Positions 11,638 to 25,858 of a stretch of 64,000 bases of DNA are shown here, in pieces. The translations under genes were made by a program, and so were the position numbers. The notes under the pieces were generated by a model. It was not told the origin of the DNA and ran no database searches. It saw nothing but the letters and a program-made list of their open reading frames with translations. How positions within the stretch are numbered: position 1 is the first letter of the stretch; every line of letters starts with the position of its first letter. Origin of the DNA: Bispira polyomma. Its lineage: Eukaryota. Location: contig OZ287756.1 of the NCBI GenBank assembly GCA_965649765.1, forward strand, positions 47,492,001 to 47,556,000. The letters are read 5' to 3'.

Positions 11638-13022
11638 TAGTAACTCTCTCTTTAACTTGTGTTCAGGTATTATAAAACCAGGCAGAAGTTTTAAATGTTA
11701 GTGAAAGCATAAGGATCATTTGTCAGGAGTTGAACTGTTCATAGGAGTTTGTTATGCATGACCTAAGGCATTCTACACTGTTGTAAACACAATTTATGAA
11801 CAAACTCAGATTTAGTGTCAGTAGGTAACATATACTATAATATTTGGTACAAACAAGATACCTTGCACTGTCTATAGAATACATGATTGGCTCACTGATT
11901 CTGTGGCTGTGCTTTCGAAGATGCCTAGCATCAAGAAAGTGAGCTAGAAATGTATAATAATAAAAAGATAAAAACTGTGCAAACAATTTTTCATAAGAAT
12001 TAAATTGTATATGAGATATGTGTACTATAAAATATGCCTTATAGATTAATATATGTATTTGTGTTTATTTGGTGTACATAATGCTGTTTTAAATTTTTAT
12101 CACTTTCTTTATTTTGTCTGTGTGGTTAACATGCGTTTATATGTACAATTATCAAGAATAAATAAAATAATATATATATATATATTGTAATTTTCTTTCT
12201 GTGCTTTCAGCTGCAATAGGATTTTCATTTTATGTACCGAAACAGTGTAAACTATTAACTATTAACAAAATAAGTCCATTAACATCAATTTTAGAAACGT
12301 TTATATTATATCCCAACTGGGAGTTTGTTAATGGAGGTTCACCATTCCTGATTTGTTGGCAAAGATTGTTGCACCGTAAGCCAGACATATTGACCAGTTG
12401 CCAATTTTGCAACATGAATTCCATGGCACAAATTCGAACCCACAACTACAGAGGTGTTGCAACTGCATCACTTTCAATTTAATTGTGTATTTTTAGTAAC
12501 TATATTAAATACTGTCTTAATAAGCTTAGCTTACTTTGAGAAATAGGAAGAGAAATATAAACTAAGTTTGTCATGCTGCCTACAGATGCCATTTGTCATT
12601 CCAGAAGCTGCCTCCCTGTCAGATCTAATTATATTAGTCAGTAACTGAGAAGCTAAAAAAATTCTCTACTTAATTGAGTTCTTGAAACTTAGTTCTTATT
12701 CTGTGTACACAACCTCCTCTGATATTGCTAAAAGAGTTCTCTCTACTGTCTGAGATCTAGCAACATGAACACAGTTGCTAAATTTAGGGAAATATTAGCA
12801 GTGTCAGTCCAATATCAAACAGGAATATATAGGCTGTGCTATTGTACTTCATACTTTTATAATTACTAAAATTTGTGAATAAAATACAAGTACTGAAGAG
12901 TGTAGAGAAATGACCCTAAAACTACCAAAAAAAATTAGAATTTGGAATTAACTAGGGATAAAAAAGTTAATCAAATGTATGAGATCTAGCTCTGTGAATA
13001 ATTTATTACTTAAACTAGGGTG

Positions 13023-13632
13023 ATTATTATTATTATTATTAAGTTTTAACAGGCTTTATTGATGCTAGGCATCTTCTAAAGCGCAACAGCAGAATCATTG
13101 GTCCATTAAGTCCATGGACATTGCAAAGTCGTAAGGAAGCAAGTGGGAGCGTGCACGAGGGAAGCTAAGGTGGGTAGGCAAGGTTAAAAAGATGGGTTTT
13201 AAGCTTTTTTCTAAAGCCGATAAGTTTGTCAACTGATCTGAGGTCAACTGGGAGACTGTTCCATAACAGTGGAGCTGCAGTGGAGAACGCTCTGAATCCT
13301 GCCTTCCTGATTGGTCTGACCGAAGTGACGGAGAGTCTGTTGCCTCTTTTGTGGTTACTAAAAGAGAGAAGGGAGGCAAGGTAGGGGACTGTTGAGTGAC
13401 TACAGCCTTAAAAGTAGTAACGTGAATCTTGAACAAAATGCGAGAATGAATGGGCAGACAGTGTAATTTTTTAAGGTACGGAGTGATGTCTGTGCGACAA
13501 TCCAGGCGGAAAATGACCCTACATAGGGAGTTTTGGATGGACTGGAGCTTTTTAATGTGTGACTTGTTTGCTCCGTACAAGAGAGAGTTGCAGTAGTCAA
13601 GGCGGCTACTCACAAGAGCATTTGTCACAGTT
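13023..13632 (-). mobile_element. L2 LINE 3' fragment, same family as 11106-11637
   Basis: NALVSSRLDYCNSLLYG...LKKLHCLP and (TAA)n tail. Empty sites at ~2905 and ~23880. Confidence 0.9.
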
Positions 13633-15155
13633 ATCTAAGGTGACCATGAATTAAATAGATTGAACAGTCTGGATACTCTATTACGGAGTTAAGTTTGACT
13701 TATATTATTATAAGTGTAACTGAATTATTACTGAGTTATTACTACTATTATAGCTAAGTTATTCTGTAAACGAAATCTTAATGATAGGGTAATAAGTAAA
13801 CTAATATATTAATAGCAAGACGGAAAACTAAATATGGTAAATAAACAAAATACTTAATGATAGAGTTAAAGTTGACTTATAAGTTACCATTAAAATAATT
13901 AACCAAATGAATCTTACTTGACACAGTAAAATGAACCTAAAATAATAAGAATCAGCCAAGTACCAGGTGGAGAGTTAATAATACTGTTAAGTTTGAGGGT
14001 CTTCGCATAAGGTACAGGTATCATCAAAATGTTAAATGTTACATGCTTATGTGCAGGTTAAGGTCACCTTAACTGTATTACTGACCCTTAAGTTAGGGTC
14101 ACCCCAAATTTTAAAAATCCTTCTAAAATCTTACCTTAAGGTATGGTGACCTTAAACTTAAATGTTTCGTATATGTTAACAACATTGTATAGACTGATGT
14201 AGGAGATGTACATACATTGTAGTTTAGATTATATCTCATACACATTTACATATATATATAATAAACTCATATACCCTCACTTGTATTCTCGTTCAGTCAG
14301 GGTGTGTTAGGGACTGAATATAACCACAAGCTTGATATCAGTGAACATACCTTTTAGCTTGTGACTGACATGACCAAGCCACTGCTAGGATAATATGTGT
14401 GTGATCTGTTGTAAATAAGCTTTGTGTGCTATTCCAGAAATACCTCAGCTTATAGCAGGAATTATCCTGGGCCATTTTAGTCTGAGGTCAATGTCTGTGT
14501 TTTTTTCTGTCCAGATAAAAAGTAAATGTTAGTGGCTGTTAAATGTCTATTTGTCTGGAATGTTTATTTCAACCTACATTCGAGTTACTGTATAATCAGG
14601 GGTTACCAATACCATTTTTCACAGCTTTAGATATTTTAAATTTTTAACCTCAAAGGTTATGCTTTGCTTATATCAGTTGCTCTGTTTCGGCAACCATAAT
14701 TACACAATGAAGAGCTAAAATGATTTACATTCTGTTGTGGGGTGGGGCTTGAGTCAAGGAGTAAGTCATTACATTTTGAAACAGATCTGGCTAGAGCTTC
14801 TTGGCACTGTGGCATCTCCGCAGAAGTTGGTGGGAAATGTATTTTTTAACGTAATGGCAAAAATAGCAGAATATGAAAGATTTCTGTTACAACTTTTGCA
14901 AAAATTTTATCTGGTAATGTTTATCTAGTAAATGAAGAGTGATAAAATGAACCAGCACAGACCATAGGTCTGGGTTTTGGTGCTTGTCGGTCCATTTTTT
15001 TATTTTGTAGTAACAAAAGGCGTTTTTTTTACTTCACACATTGAACATTTGAAACACTAACATACATGAACTATGCTGAGATACCTTTTGGCTTTAGAAA
15101 ACCAACAGATTTGACATACAAAAGGACATCAAGTCTAGTAGTGACATGATTAGTG

Positions 15156-15393
15156 GCCCATATTCTCCAAAAACAAAACTTAAGCTCATCATCTGACTTA
15201 ACTGATAAGAAGGCTATGTGGACGTCCCTCTATCTAGAAATAATTCATACTTATTACCATTCATTTTGGTACAGGTTTCAGCACTGAATTAAAATATGAA
15301 ATCAAATATTACTTAACTATACTCTGATCAAAGATATGCTGACTTTAAAATTGATCCTCAGATCTGAGTTTGAGCTTTTGGAGTAAAGGGCCA
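15156..15393. mobile_element. Degenerate MITE with GGCCC termini (PIF/Harbinger-like); related copy at ~27774-28050
   Basis: Imperfect TIR GGCCCATATTCTCCAAAA / CTTTTGGAGTAAAGGGCC. Internal CCATTCATTTT..CAG..CTGAATT is shared with the 27.8-28.0 kb copy. Confidence 0.55.
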
Positions 15394-15824
15394 GAGATTA
15401 CTAAGAAATATGTGTGTGGTCTGCTGTAATCACCTGTTGTCTGCTTCTGTTCCAGCAATAAAGTTTAACAGGAACTAACCTGGAGGACCATTACTTTTAA
15501 GATATTAAGTGCTAGCTCTTTATGTGATCTAAATGTAATCTCATATTGAAATGTCAATAGGGCAATTAGCGGTAGACTCAAACAGTGAAAACTTTCTACT
15601 TTTTGTTTTACTTCAATTCCTGTTTAATTGCTTGAGTTTAATATATGAATAAAATTGTAAACAAATTTGCATTTTAAATTATTGATGCATAGTAATTGAT
15701 ATCACATATAGAGTAATAGAAATATAACATGATCAAGGCAATGGAAAAGATGTATAATCTATTGTCATGACTTTTGCTTTCAGGTGTTTATCTAACTTCT
15801 AAAGTCACATTAGGAACAAGACAT

Positions 15825-15890
15825 TGCATTGTATTGTATTGTACATTTTTAGCATGCCTTATTGATGCTAGGCATCTCCTAAGGCACAGC
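15825..15890 (-). mobile_element. Ultra-short L2 3' end
   Basis: Reverse complement of TTAGGAGATGCCTAGCATCAATAA...(TACAA)n, matching 29587-29645. Confidence 0.75.
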
Positions 15891-18800
15891 ATATGACACA
15901 GGGAACTTAATGCAATACAAAGGTCTACCTTTCATCAAAAGCAAAAATATTATTTAACACTAAACTCTTTCGTATTGTTATAATCATTCTTTAATAAACC
16001 TTCAGAACGCTTACATTTGCCAGAAAAAAGCGAATTCCCAGGCACTACCTGGCCACACCTGGTTCCTATCACAGCTTGGTTCTTGACAATATCCAGGGAC
16101 ATATGGAGGTTCTTGGTTCGAAACAATATCCAGGCACATATAAATATTCTTAAAAACTTTAATAAATTAACAACATGATAAATTGTCATGAATTGGATCT
16201 GTCTGTAACCATACTACACTCTCCCTTTTGTCTCAAAAGAATCTTGGGTAATATCACCAACATCGTGGTATTACCATTTATTTGCCACTAAAACTGACCA
16301 CCTTCACATAAGCACCAAAAAAACACAGAAGAGAAACTGGTGGTTTCAAAAAGCTAGGTTTTTAACCTACTAGGAAAATATTGAAATGGTTTAAAGTATT
16401 TGTATTTATCCAAACATTTTCGTTTTTGATGTTACTTTTGTAACAGGTTACATTTATTTCAAGCTGAAAAAAAAAGGTTTTTTTTACCTATGATACTAGA
16501 CATTGCCCATAGCACAGGCATACCACAGGCATGGGTTTGAGGTTGTCAAAGCTATTAAACATTGCTCTTGGTTGGTTGTACCATATGACAAATATTTTAT
16601 ATATAAGATTGTATTGGTGACCTGGAAATGGAACATTTCACTCTCTGTTCAAACAAACACACCTAAGATTACATTTGTAATACCTTGTATCACAAGGCAG
16701 CCAACTCTTTCTTGACTGGCTTCAATAAACAGATTTTGTGTCAACACAATTCTAAAGTCAGGGTATAATATCAAAACCGAAAAACGTTATTTAAGTAAAA
16801 GAAACATCCCCTACACAGCTAATATATTTGCTGCTCTGATTACAAAGTGATTACATGGTATGAAGCTGAGATAAATCCTCTGCATTTCTCTTGGGACAGA
16901 AATGTCTCCTTTTGGAACACTGATTTTTTTTACTGATATTTGATTTGATAAGCCATAGTGTCATGTTCATCAAAGCTCTTAGTCTGAACTTAGTCTTAAG
17001 CTTAAGAATTTGGTCTTTCATTCTCCCAAAAAGGTTAAGATTTTGGTCTTAGCCTACGCTTCCATTCAGCACATTCCGACATCGGCTGATTTGAAGGTGT
17101 CCGATTCATCAGATATATACTAAAAATTTGTCGGATGTTGATGTTGAAAATGTCTTGAGAAAGCTTATTTTATTGTGATTACAGTGGTTTTTCCCACTCA
17201 AATTCGTTGAGAAACGGCATTTGGTAGTATTCTATAATGAGGAGAAACGTCGGCCAATAAACATGAACTGAAAAAGGTCCCTAAAAGGAATAGTCTGTTA
17301 TCTAAAAGGTTCCTAAAAGGAATAGTTTGTTAACTAGAAAACTGCATTTTGGGTATAGTTTTATTATTATCATGTTTTATTGTATCATATTTTAATGTGT
17401 TATGGAATATTATCTTATATAGACTGATAATAATAAACTAGATGATACGCATCTCTCTTCTATATCAGTTACTTCACTGACCTTTACCTATCTTGACTGT
17501 TGGACCCCCAAGTGAGGCGAGAGTGGTGGCTCAACATGAAATTTAATGGGAGGTTTAGACATAGTCCAAGGAAAAGTAATGTTTTGGCACTGTGGCACCT
17601 TGATGGGGGTGTGTGATCTACCAAGAGTTCTTTACTGTCAAAAGTATTCATTTATTATATTGATTAGTTGTTAGCAAAAAACATTTCATCACCTTGATGT
17701 TGATAAATCTGTGTACATACAATGCTCTTCAAACTTCCAACTTAACTATAAATTTTAATTAATAATAAACCTTCAGTAACAGCATACAATGTTATAACAT
17801 CCACCCCATGAAGACACCAAATACATTTAAATAAAAAATATTTTGGTAATATTACAAGATAAAATTGACCTTAATGTATGACATACTACCTTGTGAACTT
17901 ATAACTTGGCTTCTCTGTAAATATGCGTTACATTCTGATCCCCTTCATGACATTACTTGTGACTATGTAGAAAGGCTTTAAAGTCAGAATCATAAGGTAA
18001 ACAAACCCTTGTGCTTTAAAATATGGGCCAGGATGTGTGAGAAGTAACTCCAAAAGTAGAATAGTATTCTGAGATAAAAGTGACTAGAACAGCACAAGGC
18101 ATTGATTAAAACTTAAGTAAACGCTTACCAACCTAGGCAGAGTACAATAAATGTAAATGAGCTGCTGCTTTTATATCACCTTTAATGGGTATCTGGTTTT
18201 TGTGGTATAGATCATAAAATCACTCTTTACTTCGTAACACTTAGAAATAAAGTTATGTTAATTCCGTTATAGTTCCTCAATAGCTAAAACATCTTAAACA
18301 TACAAAAAAGCAAGATATGGTCCTCATTGTGATTTAATGTAAACACACACGATGTGACTATTTATTGAGAAAGACCAATTCCGTGTAAATTATTAAAATA
18401 CATACACGTCCTTGGGCAAGATTGGAACACACTGTTACATGCTGCTGAGGCAAACATTGTGTTGTAAGAGTATTCCATTCACTCTAGAAGATTCCTCTGT
18501 CATTTGGTCCTGTCCCAGTGGCAGGCTAAAAAACCTGCAGTATCTCAATGTATGGTCATCCTCAAGCCTCTCCATTCTTTAGTGAGGACAATGGCTAAGT
18601 TACTTGGTTGGCTGTACTTGAGCAGCTGATTATAAATATGAATAAAACAAAACAAAAGAATATAAGAGCTGCTATCACACACAAGACCTCTACTATTTCC
18701 CCATAGCTGTCTTGCAAGCCTAATATTTAAAGGGTAGGATCATATTTTGTCTAATTTTGGTCTACTATTGATAAAATCATCTTTGAAATGGTATACCTAT

Positions 18801-19287
18801 ATCGAAGATTTAAAAAGTTTTAATATAATTGATCAAACAGTAGTAAATGTCTGCTTAACTTGTGTTCAGGCATTATCAAACAAGGCCGGGGTTTCAAGTG
18901 TTAGTAAAAGCATAAGGATTATTTATCAGGAGTTGACCGCTCCAAGGAGTTTGGTCAAGCATGACCTGAGGCATTACACACTGTTGTAAACAAAATTAAT
19001 GAACAAACTCTTAGTTAGTGTCAGTAGGTAACATAAACAATATTTGATACATACAAGATACCTCTCTCTGTCTATGAACTACACAATTGGCTCACTGATC
19101 ATGTTTTGTGCTTTAGAAAATCCCAAGCATCAAGAAAACGAGTTAAGAATGTATAATAATAATAATAATAAAAAGATAGAAACTGTGCAATATTTCTTTG
19201 ATCAGAATTAAATTGTATGTTAAATTATGTATATACTATAAAATATGCTATATAAAATATTGTGTGTATTTGTGTTTATATGCTAAA

Positions 19288-22200
19288 TATTTGTTTTTAT
19301 TATTATTCACATAAATCATATAGCATCAATACTGTAACATGAAAAACACAATTTTACACAACATAAATCATCAATACTGTAACATGAAAAACACAGTTTT
19401 ACACAACATACAACACAATTTTACAACATAAACAAAAAGAAACAACAAAAGACAAGAAATGCAATAACAGTGTTTCACAAGATACACAACCTACAAAATC
19501 ACACTCATTACTAGTGTACTAAATGTTTGCTATATGTTACTTTTACAAAAAATAGGAAAAATTCAATGTCTGGCAAACATGTAATCAATTTAAAATCTAC
19601 CGTAATTTACGTAAATAAATTGGCAAATACTGCCCAATTTTGTTGGAATTGACTTTGTCTATCCAATTCAATACTCAGATAATATTGTTCTCCATAGTTT
19701 GTTTAAGTCTCCTTTGTAATTGAATCAAATTTGGCAATGTAGCTTTTATTGCACACGTGAAGACAAAGTGTTTGGTGGTAACTAACAAAGTAATAATTGG
19801 GAGGAAGTTGTTGTCCGTGTTAATATGGCCTAGTATAATCTCGATTGAAGTAATGCATATAATTTTATTTACTTTAACCGCTATCCACCTTTTAAATTTT
19901 TCCCAAAGTATTATAACGTTTTCACATAAAACTAGTAGGTGTAGCAATGTTTCTGGATATGAATGACAACATCTACACATTGTTGAATCACTTATGGCCA
20001 TTTGACCAAAGAGTTTTTTTTGTTCCCACTATTCGATATAATATTCTATACTGAAACCAAATTAGTTGGTTATTCTTTATTGAGTTAAAACAAGCATGAA
20101 ATATTCTTTCCAAAGTTAATTCATCAATAACGGTTTCTAAGTCCTTGTTCTACTCTTTTAAAATTTTCCTACATTTTCCTGTTTGTTCAAAATGTTGAAA
20201 ATATTTTTGCACCTCTTTTCCTGTTGTAATAAAAAGCTTAGGTGGTGGGGGGATAAAGGGCCTTTGGAAAACTGCCAGAGTTTTAAGTTTAGTACATTTT
20301 GTAAACTCCTGTATTATGCTCCTAACTTGGAAGTAGTCCAAGAAGTTTGTGATTGAAAAATTATATTTGTATTCAATCTCTTCCTTATTTAATATTTTGT
20401 CCGTGGAAGAGTCCACAAGATCTCAAATTTGGGTAATCCCTTTGTTATACCAGAATTCCTTGTATAATTTAGCATTTTTAGTTTTTTTCATTACTTTATT
20501 TGAGTGAGCAGTGTGTGTTTTCAAACAATTTGACCCACTGACAGTCTTCTGTTCGTATAAGTCTTCTTGTCCAAGTACATTTAAGGGCTTTGATAAAGTG
20601 GCCAATATTTATCATTTTTAGCCCTCTGTCTGTAGATGTTTGAGTGATGTTAACACGTTTTATTTTGTTTAGTTTATTGTCCAATAGAAATTTATAAAAC
20701 TTTGTTTCAAGTTGCTTCAAAATTTTTTTGCTGGGTATAGGGCTGACCATAAATAGGTGATTCAACTTGTAAATTGCCATGAGCCATCCATTATCAAAGT
20801 AGTGTCATCCATTATGAAAGTAGTGTCATCAGCAAATTGGGTAATTTTAAACTCTTCGTTTCCAACAATTATACCAACAATGTGTCTATTTTTTTGCATC
20901 AGTTCAAATAAGACTTGTGCACAGAGAATAAAGAGATATGGAGCAATAGGATTTCCCTGCTTACGCCCTCTCTCTATGTTAATAAAATCAGATGATACAC
21001 CTGCTTGTAATATTGTTGCTTTTATATATTTATTAAAGAGCTTTATCCACTCAATAAAACTTTTACCAAATCTAAATTGTTCTAGGGTTTGGTACATAAA
21101 TTTTCATGATACTGAATCGAAAGCTTTTTCAAAATCGATAAGCATGAAAAGTCCATTGATATTCTTATATTGAGTATGGTTTGTTATATCGTAAATCAAC
21201 TGAGTACCTTCTCCAATAAAGCAACCTTTAATAAATCCAGTTTTTGCTTTTGCTATCAGTTCAGGCAGAAGTTCTTTTAACCGTGTTGCAATGGCAGAGG
21301 AAGCTACTTTATAAAGGACACTGATTAATGAGATTGGTCTCCAATTTTTTAGCTGATCCCTTAGTTTATTGCCTTTAGGCAAAACACTAATTATGGTTTG
21401 TCTGAGGCTAACTTTTAGCAAGCCTTTTAAATAACAATGATTTAGTGCCTGCAGAATAAAATATTTAAGCCTTGACCAAAATACCTTGTAGAAATCAGCA
21501 GGAAGGCCGTCGATACCCGGAGTTTTATTATTTTTCATATTTTTTAATGCTAAACTTAGTTCTTTAAGTGTTAGGGGACCTTCCAATTTAGAAGCTCCTC
21601 CAAATGAAAGTTATTTTTCAACGTCAACTAAGCCTTCCCAGTTTAAATCTTGTAAATCTTTTTCCCTGTTTGCAAAGAGTTTTGCATAAAAGTTCCTTAC
21701 TTGGTCAAGTATCTCTTTTTGTGATGTTACTGTATCACCAATTTCTAAGAACATGTCATCGGATATAGTAAATTTAATATCGCTATCTGCAATTGAAGCT
21801 AAGTTGCTCAAATTATATACAGGTAATGCATATTGTTTTTTTATTTGTACACTAGATTCATTGATCATTTCTAGATAGTCAGGTGTCAGTTAAGGTGTCT
21901 GAAACTAAGAAGTAATCTAGTCGAGCTTGATTTACTGGATTCTTCCTTCGCCAAGTATATCTCTTAATTGTTGGATTAAAGTATCTGAATGCATTATACA
22001 ATTTAAATTGGGTCATTGTGTCTAAGACAGCTAATCTAGATTGGGGGTTATTAATCCCCAAATAATTATTCGAGTCTAGCTTTGGGTCAAGGATCAGATT
22101 GAAATCTACACATATAATTGTGTATATTTCACATGATTCCTCCACATATTCCCTCAATTTAAAAAAAAAATGTGGATTATCTGTATTTGGCGCATAGATG

Positions 22201-22892
22201 TTTATTGGTCTCAAGAAAAAATCTGCCAGTTGCAGATCTATTAAAAGTACATTACCAATACAGTCTTTAACAGTATTTTTCACCTTGTACTCAAAGATAT
22301 TTTTTTAAATTATTGCCACCCCTCTCGAATTAGATTTAGTACCATGTATTTTAGACTCGCAGGAAGATAAGTCTGATCGTATCTCATTTACATCTTACGG
22401 AGTAAGGTGTGTGTCTTGTAAGCATAGGATATTTACCTTATTGTTATCGTTTAATAAATAATTAAAGACATCATATCTCTTTTCTTATCTGTTATACCTT
22501 ATACATTTTCTGATGACATTGTATTATGTATAGACATTATGAATACCAGCCCAGAGAGTTTGCATTTGCCCTAATATAGTTTTCTTAGCTAAACCATATA
22601 TCTTAAAATGTGTATTTTTGATACTTTTATCACAAAGAACCTTTTGGTAGACTAGCATCATTATCCTTGAAGCCAATTTAAACATTTTTGCTTTTTTAAG
22701 CCAGTTTACAGTGATGTGAACACATATATAATAGATGCCGTTTTCATATATAGTAACAGATATTACCGTACAATCAACAGATACAGGTATATTACAAATG
22801 AATTTGTACACTATGTATCTCTTCATAATTACTAGACAAACACGAATTAACAAAAACAGTATGTTTTAAACAAACACATACATAAAAACAAA
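19288..22892 (-). mobile_element. 5'-truncated L1/Tx1-clade LINE (ORF2 APE endonuclease, RT, Zn finger; degraded)
   Basis: NIYAPN, DFNLILD, YTW, ARLDYFLVS, KTPGIDG, KNWRPISL, IDFEKAFDSV, QFADDTT, C..C....ETLLHLL..C. 8-bp TSD ATGCTAAA (19280-19287/22893-22900). Confidence 0.93.
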
Positions 22893-25298
22893 ATGCTAAA
22901 CATAATACTATTCTAAATTTTTGTCACTTTCTTGTTTTTTGTCTATGTGGTTTATATGCGTTTATATGTACGATTATCAAGAATAAATAAAATAATATAT
23001 ATATTGTTATTTTGTTTTTGTGCTTTCAGTAGGAATAAAATTTTCGTTTTATGCACTTGAAGAGTGTAAACTATTACTGGTTTGAACAAAAATAATAACA
23101 ACATAAGTTTATTAACATCAATTTTAAAAACGTTCATATTATATCAGAACTGGAAGTTTGCTAATTAAGGTACACCATTCCAGATTTGTTGGCCAAGATT
23201 GTTGCACTGTAAACCAGAGATATTGTCCTTCAGCTGCCAATTGTGCAACATAAATGCCATGGCACAGATGTAAACATACAATTCCAGAGGTGTTACACCT
23301 GCATCAATTTTAATTTAATTGTGTCATTCTAAGTAAGTTTATAAAAAAATATATGGTCCTGATAAGCTTAGCTTACTTTGAGAAATAGGAAGAGAAATAT
23401 AGACCAATTGTTTCATGCTCCCTGCAGATGGCATTTGTCATTCTAGAAGCTGCCTCCCTGTCAGATCTAATGACATTAGTCGGTAAATGAGAAGCTAAAA
23501 AAAATTCTGTACCTAATTGAGTTCTGGAGACTTAGTTCTTATTCTCTGTACACAACTTCCTCTGATATTGCTGAGAGATTTTTCTCTACTGTCTGAGATC
23601 TAGCAACCCCTTCACACACGTGTGTGCACTGTTGTTAACCTTGGGGAAAAATATCAGTGTCAGTCCAATATCAAGTAGGAATAATAAGTCTTGGATTGGG
23701 CTACTATTATTTAATTAGTTAGTAAAATTTGTGCATAAGATACAAGTACAGGAAAGTTCAGAAAAATAACCCTGAAACCCCGAAAAACAAAAATTAAATT
23801 TAAAATTAACTAGGCATTAAAAGTGTCTCTACCAGGTGAGATCTAGCCCTATATGAAGCATTCATTACTTGGAACTAGGGTAACCTAAGGTGACCATAAT
23901 TTAAACATATTGAATGGACTGGATACGTACTTATATAGTTAAGCTTGATTTATATTGGTGCGAGTGTAACTAAGTTATTACTACTTTTGTAAAAAAAGGT
24001 ACTGTCTAAAAAAATATTACTTCATAGGGTCGAATGTAAACTACTATATTTAAAGTCTGATGGAAAACTAAATATACTAAATAGATCTGAGACCTAATTA
24101 TTTACTTATGATTGACTAATAAGTCAACATTAACATAATTAACCAAATGAATCTTACTTGACAGGGTAAAATGAACCTAATATAATTAAAATCAGCCAAG
24201 TACCAGTTGGAGAACTAATATTCCCAAGAGCTTGATATGAGTGAAGAGACCTTTTACCTTCTTTCTGACATGACCAAATCACAGCTAGGGTAATATGTGT
24301 CTGATCTGTTGTAATAAGCTTTGTGTGCTATTCCAGAAACGCCCAAGCTTATAGCAATAATTACCCTAGGGCCAATTTAGTCTGAGGTGAATGTGTAGGG
24401 TCCAGTCCAGATTAAAATTGTTAGTGGCTTTTCAATCTCTATTTGTTTGGAATGTTTATCGGAACCGACTGTGTAATGAGGAGTGAGCAATACCATTTAA
24501 CAGCATAAGGTATTGTTTAAACATTATTAACCTGCAAAGGTATGCTTTGCCCATGACCATCACTTTGTTTGTAATCAGAAACACATGATAAACTGCTAAA
24601 ATATGTTACATAACATTTGGTGGGTTGGGGCATATTGTCGCTTGAGGCATATCTGGCTAGATAAGCTTCTTAGCACTGTGGCATCTTTGTTTTTGTATCT
24701 GGTATTCAATGTGCTATTTCATCTCTTGTTCACTGCCCATGCACAGTCAATGTGCACGAGTAACTCACATTCTCCTAACTGAAGAAAGGGTCTTGAGGAT
24801 GAGCATTTCTTAGTGTCCCCAAGGTTGGAGATAGGACCCAAATAACAGAGGACTCTCATTTTAGAGCCACTATATATCTGAATGATGAGATAATGCAAAC
24901 AGTGGTTTCCCTTTTCACCATTTTATTATGTATTTTGTCTATGATTAGTATTTTAGTTCGCTTAATGAAGACAATAAATAATTCTTAAAAAGTGCTTAGA
25001 TTAGATTAGATCACATATGTCATCTTTACAATCAGTGGGAGCCTTGGGAGTGAAGTAGTTGCCATACACTTGATTCGAATCTCTATGATTATTTGTTTCA
25101 AATCTGGACCCTGGCATGTGTGTGGGAACGTTGGCAGTAGACTTGTTGCTGAAGGTGCTGATGCTTTGCAGAGCAAAAACCTTTGACCAACTACCTTGCT
25201 CTAATTCCGTGGAATCAATCAGTTATCTGCCCATAGTCAAATTGTATCGTAATCATAATCAGATTCATACTCAGCACATATATCTAACTTCATCTGGT

Positions 25299-25554
25299 TT
25301 GAATTTGAATTTGGATATTTAACGTCCACTCTAGTACCTTTTAGTAGGTTATATTGGGACGGGTAGTTGAAAACGCTGGAGGAAACACTGCATACAGTCG
25401 GTCAAGGTTCTGCACTGAAACCAGCCGCCCACAGTAAGGAACTACCATCTTTCCCACATAGGCATCGACGGGATTCGAACTCACGCCGCCCAGAGATGAG
25501 AGACCAGTGATTGTGAAGCGCAATGCTTGCTAACCACTAGGCCACCACGGCCCC
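25299..25554 (-). mobile_element. tRNA-derived SINE family S1, full length
   Basis: Near-identical to 10784-11042. 11-bp TSD CTTCATCTGGT (25288-25298/25557-25567). Confidence 0.92.
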
Positions 25555-25582
25555 TCCTTCATCTGGTATTCAGAGCACTAAT

Positions 25583-25858
25583 TAACCTTTCCTGACTGCA
25601 ACAGTCAACTATCTTAGTTACTGTCATTCCCCTAACTGAAAAGAGAGGCTTGTGTATGACCATTTATCAACTTCTCTAAGGATCCTTAGCCTGCCATGTC
25701 ATTTTAAGTGGTCATTCGCGCCACTAGGCAAACTTGTGATAACATCTTGCCCAAGGATGTTATCCCACCAATGATAACTAGAGGCCCGTAATGGGAATAG
25801 AACCCAGGAATTTCTGATCATCAGACCAACTCCCTAACCACTAGACCATCGGTAGACC
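25583..25858 (-). mobile_element. Older tRNA-derived SINE family S2 (CORE-like); related pieces at ~10390-10600, ~18405-18605, ~24740-24880, ~27506-27697, ~40590-40710, ~48920-49080
   Basis: Minus strand has A box TGGTCTAGTGG, B-box-like GGTTCTATTCC and CORE-like TCCTTGGGCAAG. The 3' body (CCATTTATCAAC..TTTAAGTGGTCAT on +) recurs at the listed sites. Confidence 0.65.

Larger units (their letters stand above)
1985..24690 (+). repeat. Old tandem segmental duplication, ~2.5 copies of a ~3.5-4 kb (insertion-free) non-coding unit
   Basis: Block b occurs at ~1985-3317+5017-5375, ~12050-13022+13633-14815 and 22893-24690. Block a occurs at ~5385-5906+10141-12050 (minus inserts) and ~17630-19287. Shared anchors include CAGATGGCATTTGTCATTCTAGAAGCTGCC, TACTGTCAAAAGTATTCATT and AAATGAGCTGCTGCTTTTATAT. 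Confidence 0.9.

Noticed and set aside
25341-25523. Short ORFs at 25341-25523, 31001-31243, 40536-40910 and 42035-42301
   Set aside because: They overlap SINE or MITE sequence and are incidental.
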